Made by a program: the position numbers and the translations under genes. Positions 56,360 to 64,000 of a DNA stretch of 64,000 bases are shown in pieces. The notes beneath the pieces were generated by a model. The model was not told the origin of the DNA. It searched no databases and saw only the letters and a list, made by a program, of their open reading frames with translations. Location: the NCBI RefSeq assembly GCF_964188315.1, contig NC_135669.1, positions 29,202,001 through 29,266,000 of the forward strand, written 5' to 3'. This DNA is from Podarcis muralis (taxonomy: Eukaryota). The stretch's first letter is position 1; each line of letters begins with the position of its first letter.

Positions 56360-57145
56360 CTGTGTGAAGACAGAATGCTGTCCAGGGTTGTAAAGACTGC
56401 AGAGAGAATAATTGGGTGCACTCTTCCCACCTTGGATCAAATCTTTGCTTCCAGGTGCCATAAAAAGCTGCAGAGATAGTGCAGGATAGTGCGCACCCCG
56501 GAAATGATCTCTTTCAGCTTCTGGAAGAAGACTAGGACTAGCCACCTGAGAAACAGTTTCTATCCAAATGCAATTTTGGTTTTAAATGCAGTGTAAGGTA
56601 GTCTCTGGGACGCGGGTGGCGCTGTGGGTTAAACCACAGAGCCTAGGACTTGCTGATCAGAAGGTCGACGGTTCGAATCCCCGCGACGGGGTGAGCTCCC
56701 GTTGCTCGGTCCCTGCTCTTGCCCACCTAGCAGTTCAAAAGCACGACAAAGTGCAAGTAGATAAATAGGTACTGCTCCAGCGGGAAGGTAAACGGCTTTT
56801 TCGTGCGCTGCTCTGGTTCGCCAGAAGCGGGTTAGTCATGCTGGCCACATGACCTGGAAGCTGTACGCCGGCTCCCTCGGCCAGTAAAGCGAGATGAGCA
56901 CCGCAACCCCAGAGTCTGTCATGACTGGACCTAATGGTCAGGGGTCCCTTTACCTTTACCTTTAAGGTAGTCTCTATGTGAGTATATTGTATTCAATTAT
57001 GGGGTATCAGAGTTTTTAGGGGCTAACCAGGCTGGGATAGTTGGGATAGCAGGCTTGTTGGTTTTTGAATGTAGATTTTTTCAATTTTGTTGTTCTGTAT
57101 GGGACAATGACAATAAAGATTATTGTATTTTATCTTATCGTATCA
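56360..57145 (+). mobile_element. Rex1/Babar-clade LINE 3' fragment, split by a Sauria SINE at its stop codon
   Basis: LSRVVKTAERIIGCTLPTLDQIFASRC…HPGNDLFQLL…TSHLRNSFYPNAI, a typical Rex1 RT C-terminus; 3'UTR ends gacaataaagatt(attgt). Confidence 0.75.
56607..56962 (+). mobile_element. Sauria SINE (subfamily A), full length
   Basis: 13-bp TSD TAAGGTAGTCTCT (56594-56606, 56963-56975); (ACCTTT)n tail. Confidence 0.93.
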
Positions 57146-57530
57146 TATAGACTAGATTAGTCATTGGCCTGAACCAGCAGCTTCTTCTTATGTTCCCATG
57201 AGACCCAAGCCTTGAACACGGGGCTCCTTTTCATGGGGGCAGAACTGCATTGCAGAGCCCATGGATAAATGCCTGCCCAGCTCAGCTCTCAGAATGTCCA
57301 CAGCTGGGCACTTTCCGCATGTTGGCAAATGCCCAGAAAATTACTTTTAATGTGGCTTGCAAGGACCTGATTGCATCCAGGTGTCAGCCACAGCCAGAAA
57401 ATGATCTTTGGCATGGAGGCTGACCTTTAATTAATTGGATGCAGCATAATATAATTGAATGATAGAATAGTAGAGTTGAAAGGGACCCCAGGGGTCATCT
57501 CATCCAATCCCCTACAATATAGCTAGTGCC

Positions 57531-57830
57531 CAGGCTTGCCATACGTCAGGACAATTCCTGACATGTCCCGGTTTTGGGGCGTAAAAATGACGTCAGGGGG
57601 GAATTTTTGCTGAACTGGCAAAATGTCAGGGGAAACCCAGGTGTATGGCAATGCGGAAACAGCTCCGAAAGCTTCAACGTCACTACGTTATTGGGGGAGG
57701 TTTCGCTCAAAAGTTTGGGTTTGTTCGCATAAAAAGCTCAACAATTTGGCTGGTTTCCTAAAGAAAGCTCAGCAACTTTGTGGATGTCATTAATGCCAGG
57801 AATTTTACTTTTTGAAATATGGCAACCCTA
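57531..57830. mobile_element. hAT (Tip100-like) MITE, 300 bp
   Basis: TIR CAGGCTTGCCATA / TAGGGTTGCCATA; perfect 8-bp TSD CTAGTGCC (57523-57530, 57831-57838). Confidence 0.88.
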
Positions 57831-58134
57831 CTAGTGCCTATCCAGGGGAAATGAGTGTGGTTGCCAGGTAATAAGAAGGGCCAGGGAGGTGGGATTGTCC
57901 AGCTACCAGCCTCAAAATTCTACCTTGGTTGCCTCTGGGGTTTCTGGGCTAGTTGTTTGTCATGGTTTGCAAAGCCCTTGATGGTTTGGGCCCCAAATAT
58001 CTGCAGGGCTCCCACCCCAGCTCCAAAACCAGATGGATCTATTCTTAATACCTCTGTGTGTATGGGGGGGGGGGCTCTGTTCATGCTCTCTGCCAGGATT
58101 TGGGGTGAGGGGCCTCTTTTCCATGGCTCTGGAA

Positions 58135-58385
58135 CATGGCTAGGCAAACTAAGGCCCGGGGGCCGAATCCAGCCCAATCGCCTTCTAAATCCGGCCCGCG
58201 GACGGTCCGGGAATCAGCATGTTTGTACATGAGTAGAATGTGTCCTTTAATTTAAAATGCATCTCTGGGTTATTTGTGGGGCATAGGAATTCGTTCTCTC
58301 GCCCCCCAAAAATATAGTCCGCCCCCCCCCCAAGGTCTGAGGGACAGTGGACCGGCCCCCTGCTGAAAAAGTTTGCTGACCCCTG
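58135..58385. mobile_element. hAT (Charlie-like) MITE, 251 bp
   Basis: Ends CATGGCTAGGCAAAC / GTTTGCTGACCCCTG; perfect 8-bp TSD CTCTGGAA (58127-58134, 58386-58393). Confidence 0.88.
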
Positions 58386-58419
58386 CTCTGGAATGATCCC
58401 ACCTCTCTTCTGCATTTGA

Positions 58420-58745
58420 AACAGACCTCTTCAAATATCTGAAGGGCTGTCACATGCAAGAAGGAGAAACTCTGTTTTCTGTTGCTCCAGAGGAGAGGAC
58501 CCAAACCAGTGGATTCAAATGGCAAAGAAAGGAGATTCTGACTAAACGTTAGGGAAAACTCTCTTGACAGCAGGAGCTGTTCGACAGTGGAACGGACTTC
58601 CCTGGAAGGTGGTGGACTCTCCTTCCCGGGAGGTTTTTAAAGAGTTCAATGGCCACCTGTTGTGGATTCTTTAGCTGTGATTCCTGCATTGCTGGGGGTT
58701 GGCCTAGATGACCTTTGGGGGGTCCCTTCTAACTCAGCTCTATGA
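58420..58745 (+). mobile_element. CR1 LINE 3' fragment
   Basis: cttcaaatatctgaagggctgtcac...ccaaaccagtggattcaaat...ggaaggtggtggactctcc...ggcctagatgacc. Confidence 0.8.
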
Positions 58746-59314
58746 GTCTGTGAAAAAAGGGCTGGAATCAGCCAGTTGGGCCTGTGTCTTTTGCCTTCGG
58801 TTCTTCTTCTCCCCCCCCCCCCCAAGCGATGGCGATGCCTCCTTCCGGAAATGATGATGGGCTCCCTTGCAAAGGCAGGGATACCGGGGCTTGGCCCCCC
58901 CCAGCAGGGTTAGTTCTGCCCATCAGGGATTCCATCTAATAGCAGCAGTGTGGCTTTTTTGCAGGGAAAGGAGAGAAAGAGATATCCATTTGGGGGATGA
59001 GTCATCCAGCGAGCAGCTCCACAAGCCACCCCCCCCCCCTTCTTCTTCTTCTTGCCTGTTTTGAGTTCCCAGGCGAGGGCGGAGGTGAGCCTGGAGCCTG
59101 AGCTAATCGCCACAGCAGGGAGCGCTTTTCCCTCTCAGGGGAAAGGAAGGAGGAGCAGGAGGCAGAAGTCTCTCATCCCAGTCCACCTCCTTGAGGAAGG
59201 AGGGCTTTTAGCATTTCAAAGGAACTAGGAGGCTTTTTTGAGAAGAGAGAGCGATCCTGAGTGCCTAATGGAAGGTTTCATCTCAGGTGTCCATGCACAA
59301 TTTGGTTTGGTACC

Positions 59315-59319
<5 letters not shown>

Positions 59320-59365
<46 letters not shown>
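59320..59365. repeat. (GA)n microsatellite
   Basis: About 22 GA units immediately before a SINE head. Confidence 0.95.
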
Positions 59366-59366
<1 letters not shown>

Positions 59367-59585
59367 CAGTGGTGGTGTAGTGGTTAGAGCACCAGACTAA
59401 GACCTGGAAGACACCAGGGTTCAAATCCCCACTCAGCCACGAAGCTCACTGGGTGGCCTTGGGGGCCAGTCACTGCCTCTCGGCCTAGCCTACCTCACAG
59501 GGCTGTTGTGAGGATAAAATGGGGAAAGAGCCATGGGCCCCACTTTGCTCTTCTTGGAGAAAAAGGTGGGACAGGAATGTAATGA
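59366..59585 (+). mobile_element. MIR/Squam3-like SINE
   Basis: gtggtggtgtagtggttagagc…gggttcaaatccccactcagcc…ctcggcctagcctacctcacagggctgttgtgagg. Confidence 0.75.
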
Positions 59586-59699
59586 TGAAGAATGGCACGT
59601 GTGGGTTAGCCCTCCTCCTCCTCCTCTGCAGACCCAATCTTGGTGGCTTAGGGCCTAGAACATGCCCTCCCTGCTGTTCAATGTGCCCAGGCCATCATC

Positions 59700-60240
59700 G
59701 TAGAACCGAAGAGTTGGAAGGCACCCTGAAATAAACCCTGACTCTCTTACAACAACCCCAAGGGCCATCTAGTCCAATCCCATTGCAATGCAGGAACCAC
59801 AGCTAAAGAATCCCTGACAGGTGGCTGCCTAAGCTCTGTTTAAAAACCTCCAAGGAAGGACAGTCCACCGCCTTCCCATGCAGCCCGTTCTACTATCGAA
59901 CAGCTCTTGCTGTCTGAAAGCTTTAATCAGAATCTTTCTACCATATGAATTCATTGGTTCAGGTTCCCCTCCTCAGGAGCAGAGGAAAGCAAGCTTTCTC
60001 CATCTTGCCAAGCACAGCCCTTCAGATATTTGAAGGTGGCTATCATATCACCTCTCGGTCTCCTCTTCTCCAGGCTAAACATCCCCAACTCCCTCAACTG
60101 TTCCTCATCAGGCATGGTTTCCAGACCCTTGGCTATCTTGGTTGCCCTCCTCGACACACTTTCTAGCTTGTCAATATCCTCCTCAAATTATGATGCTCAG
60201 AACTAGACACAGGACTCCAGCTGTGGTCTGTCCAAGGCAG
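59700..60240 (-). mobile_element. CR1 LINE 3' fragment
   Basis: Minus strand encodes [38 protein letters not shown], a CR1 ORF2 motif. Confidence 0.88.
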
Positions 60241-60250
60241 AATAGAAATC

Positions 60251-60466
60251 ACATCAAAGTACAAGTACATAAATAGGTACCATTCTGGCGGGAAGGTAAA
60301 CGGTGTTTCCATGTGCTGCTCTGGTTCGCCAGAAGCGGCTTAGTCATGCTGGCCACATGACCCAGAAGCTGTACGTTGGCTCCCTTGGCCAATAAAGTGC
60401 GATGAGCACCGCAACCCCAGAGTTGTCCGTGACTGGACCTAACGGTCAGGGGTCCCTTTACCTTTA
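60251..60466 (+). mobile_element. Sauria SINE (subfamily A), 5'-truncated
   Basis: Starts at aaagtacaagtacataaataggtacc and ends gactggacctaacggtcaggggtccctttaccttta. Confidence 0.85.
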
Positions 60467-60739
60467 TAATCCCCCTCTGTTCCCGCCCCCTTCCTTCAAC
60501 TCTGTCTGACAGTTGGATGCAGGGAGAAGAGAGTCTTATGGTTGCCTAGCAACCAGAGGGATGGTGGTGGTCTTCCTTTGCTTTCCTGGCATCTCCTGTG
60601 CCCATTTGGTTTGCAGGTAAGCAAACACTCCTCCATCCCAGCCTCTTTCGCTTCTCTCCTCACACAAAGCTACCACCATCCTGACCATCCTGCTGTGGTC
60701 AAAGGATAGAGGTGAGGCCAAAGCTGAGGCTGAACGCTT

Positions 60740-61085
60740 GAAGTTTCAGGACAGGTAAAAGAAAGTTATTTATGCAGCACATAGTTAAACTATGGAACTC
60801 CCTCCCACAGGAGTTGGCCACCAACTTGGATGGATTGAAAAGAGAATTGAACAAATTCACAGAGGAGGAGAGGGCTATTGATGGCTACTAGCTACGATGG
60901 CTAGGCTCTGCCTCCACAGTCCGAGGCAGCAGTTGGGAATCACAAGAAGGGAGAGTGCTGCCCTTGGGCTCAAGTCCTGCTTGTGGGTTTCCCACAGACA
61001 TTCTGGGCGGCCACTGTGAGAGCAGGATGCTGGACTAGGTGGGCTCCTGGACTGATCTAGCAGGCTTTTCTTAGGTTTTTAAAGG
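60740..61085 (+). mobile_element. CR1 LINE 3' fragment
   Basis: tatggaactccctcccacagg…ggccaccaacttggatgg…ggccactgtgagagcaggatgctggactag. Confidence 0.75.
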
Positions 61086-61252
61086 CCACCCAAACAGGGC
61101 AACTGTTTCTCTAATTGCTCTAGCAGAAGAACAATCAAGCCTTCACCTTGTGGTTAGCATAAAAGTCTGCTCAAGTCGGCTGTTCTGTCAGAGGAGACCC
61201 CACTCGCCAGACTCTCTTCTGAGCTGATAGGGTGTTTTGCATACATAACAGC

Positions 61253-61253
<1 letters not shown>

Positions 61254-61294
<41 letters not shown>

Positions 61295-61362
61295 AGATTT
61301 TGTTGATTTACAAAAGTGTGTGCAATGTCTCATTTTTGCCCCCTCCATGTAACATTTTTACA

Positions 61363-61411
<49 letters not shown>

Positions 61412-62085
61412 TATTATTTATACTCTGCCCATCTAGCTGGGTTTCCGCATACCGATGAACACCCAGCCCAAACCCCCTGATGATCTCTCCCAGCGGCTGC
61501 ATGTAGATGTTGAAAAGCATGGGGGAGAGGACAGAATGCTGAGGCACCCCACAAGTAAGAGCCCAGGGGTCTGAACACTCATCCCCCACCACCACTTTCT
61601 GAACACGACCCAGGAGGAAGGAGCAGAACCACTGTATAACAGTGCCCCCAGCTCCCAGGTCCTCTTGACGGTCCAGAAGGATGTTATGGTCGCTGATGTC
61701 AAAAGCCACTGAGAGATTCAGCAAAACTAGGAAACAGCTTTCACCTTTGTCCCTAGCCCGCCAGAAATCAGTTTCATTTGTTGAGACGTTAGGAAGAAAA
61801 GGGGGAAAGAGGTGGAGTGGGGGGAAGATGGGTGGGGGGTGGGGGTGGGTGGCAATGTTTCTATTTTACTTTCTATATGTAGGGTTTGGTGTCAGCGTTG
61901 CTTGTGCAGGTTCTTTGCTGTTCACTTGCGTTCCTTTGGTGGTGAGAGAGGTTGGGGTTGGCCTAGGGTGTGGTTATTCATTTGCGGTTGGCTGTGGTGG
62001 TCTTTGTTTTCGTGTGTGAGGGGTGTGTGTTTTGGATCAGGTTAGCCATATTGATTTGTATGCCGTTGGTGGATTTTTGTCATCG
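61254..62085 (-). mobile_element. L1/Tx1-like retroposon 3' end with (AAT)n tail, containing a nested L2 fragment (61363-61764)
   Basis: 12-bp TSD TACATAACAGCT (61242-61253, 62086-62097); body halves …catttttacaa|aaatcagtttc… rejoin across the L2 insert. Clade assignment is tentative. Confidence 0.6.
61363..61764 (-). mobile_element. Internally deleted L2 LINE (RT core fused directly to the 3' tail)
   Basis: Minus strand encodes LLNLSVAFDISDHNILLDR…WFCSFLLGRVQKVV…LTCGVPQHSVLSPMLFNIYM…GVHRYA, then jumps to gaaacccagctagatgggcagagtataaataat(att)n. Confidence 0.85.
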
Positions 62086-63734
62086 TACATAACAGCTTTT
62101 ATGACAAAGTTATTACAACCTGGTTAATAAGACACTGCAAGAAGTTAGCTTTGCAAGAAAAACACAGGATAATAGCATTGCCAGTCAAACATTCCGGACT
62201 CCCATTCAAATATTCATCCTCTTTCTTTCGTTGAGTTTCTTCTCTCTCTTTTTTGCACACTCCAAAGGAGACATGGTCTTAGGATAGAAATAGGCTGAGG
62301 ACATAATAGAGTCCAAGTTCCTTGGTGATCAGAGACCCAGACATTCTGCTTCCACACTGCAAGGGCTCCCTTACCCCCTACAGATGGGGGGCTGAAGCTG
62401 GCATTGGCTTTCGAGGCTGGGGAATGCAGAGGGCAAGCGGGCGATTCATAGGAGCACTGCTGGGAGGGAGGCCTAAACATTTATCCTCATCAGGCGCAGC
62501 ACTCAATTAGTCGAGGCTTCGTCAGCTTAATTTGAAGGGGCTCCGTGTGTGTCTGGGAACACTTAAGGCTAAGTGGACTTTATTCAATGGAGCCAAGCGA
62601 TTAAGCTGAGTTCTGTGCCTGCCAGGCAAAACGGTCGAGATATTGGATCCATGACTGCCGCATTCATTAGCCATAATTAGACAACTTGCATTTATAAAAT
62701 CCTATAGGCATTAAGTGGGCTTATCAGGAGGAGTGGGAACAGTGAGGCTGTCGAAGGAGGAAGGCTACTTAATGGCTGGCCTGGCTCTGCCAATAATGGC
62801 ATGGGGGCTTCTTGGGGCAGTTTTCAGATTTCCCCTTGCATCTGCTGAGTCTCTGAGCCCAAACACGATGTTTGTTTGGCCTGTTCCGGTTGCAGGGCTC
62901 TTCTTAGTTTCTTAGGATTTCTAAATGGAGCCTCCATGGACAGAGCCGGTCTACCTTAGAATGGTGGAGAACAAGACTGGGTTTCCCATTTGGCCACTGT
63001 GAGGGCAGGATCCAACAGGCTCTTCCTATGGTCTTAGGACAAGCTCTGAGTCATGTCTGATCCACTGAAGGAGGTGGTAACTGAAATGTTTTTCTCCCAG
63101 AGTGTCATATATCTGCCTTGTTAGTCATCCTACTTAATCTACAAGCATTTTTACCTCTTAGCTAAAGAGACTCCTCCAGTGATTTGCAAGAATCATGCAT
63201 TGCAAGCCACCAGAGGGCTTTTTAAAGTCTTGCACAGATACACACCTAATAAATTCTAAGCAGGAATGAGCACTGTTGCCCGTTTCCAGAGAATTCTGAC
63301 TTGCCACAGTGTTTGCACACAAGGGGTGAGTTGTTGGCTGTGGAGATGATAAAAGATTCATCTTCTTGCTGCTTTCCTTCACTGATGATTGTGCTTATTG
63401 TATGAGTAATGATTTGCCCCTTGTTTATTTCTTTGGGTGCCTGACGTTTGGACTGGAAACCAAACTTCCAAATCATATACATTAATAGAGGAGAAGCCAG
63501 CTTGGGGTTCGAGTTTCTAGCTGCCTGTATTGTTTGTTGCATTTATCTCCCAACTTTTTCTCCAAGGAGCTCAAGGTGGCATACATAGTTTGTCCTCCCT
63601 CCTCATTTAATCTTCACAACAACCCCCTGAGATAGGCTAGTCTGAGAGGTGGTGACTGGCCCATGGTCACTCAATGAGCTTCAGAGTTGCTTCCAAACTC
63701 TGCCCCTCCCCTGGGCTGCCTTCCTTTTCTGAGA

Positions 63735-63935
63735 TGAATGTGTAGAACAGATGCAGAGCCTGCTGGATCAGGCCTATGGCCCACCTTAGCCCAGCGTCCT
63801 GTCCTCACAGTGGCCTATTGTGGGAAACCAGCAAGTAGGATCCGAACACAAAAGCCCTTTCCAGCTACTGGTATTCAGATGCATGGCTGCAGAGCAAAGC
63901 CATCATGGCTAGTATCCATCAATAGCCCTCTGCTC
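63735..63935 (-). mobile_element. CR1 LINE 3'UTR fragment
   Basis: gagcctgctggatcaggcc…cctgtcctcacagtggcc…catcatggctagtatccatcaatagccc. Confidence 0.7.
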
Positions 63936-63943
63936 CCTCTGCT

Positions 63944-64000
63944 GGGAGCCAGTGTGGTGTAGTGGTTAAGAGCAGTGGACTTGTAATCTGGTGAACCAGG
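63944..64000 (+). mobile_element. Squam3-like SINE head (cut by window edge)
   Basis: gggagccagtgtggtgtagtggttaagagcagtggacttgtaatctggtgaacc, the same head as 2808-3053. Confidence 0.75.

Overview
Eukaryotic, intron-rich vertebrate DNA, most likely from a lacertid lizard (inferred from Sauria-type SINEs with (ACCTTT)n tails and squamate CR1/L2 repeats). No prokaryotic genes, rRNA, functional tRNA or CRISPR arrays were found. Splice-phase-consistent models could be built by hand for four complete genes: an unnamed single-domain rhodanese gene (-, 3 coding exons, 187 aa), MED31 (+, 4 exons, 129 aa), TXNDC17/TRP14 (-, 4 exons, 124 aa) and KIAA0753/Moonraker (+, 16 coding exons, 855 aa). A CpG-island first exon at 44154-44184 is probably PITPNM3, assigned by recalled synteny with human 17p13 only. 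The four complete genes form two head-to-head pairs on CpG-island promoters, each carrying an RFX X-box-like motif. The rest is a dense patchwork of CR1, L2, RTE, Rex1/Babar and L1-like LINE fragments, tRNA-derived SINEs, and hAT and Tc1/mariner MITEs, including several nested insertions. The most novel element is the rhodanese gene. It does not match the TST/MPST/TSTD1-3 proteins as I recall them and resembles a bacterial single-domain family. It sits where human has C17orf100, has a near-perfect X-box, and lies two genes from the persulfide/cystine reductase TRP14. All comparisons to human or bacterial proteins are from memory, not database searches. Repeat boundaries without TSDs are approximate.
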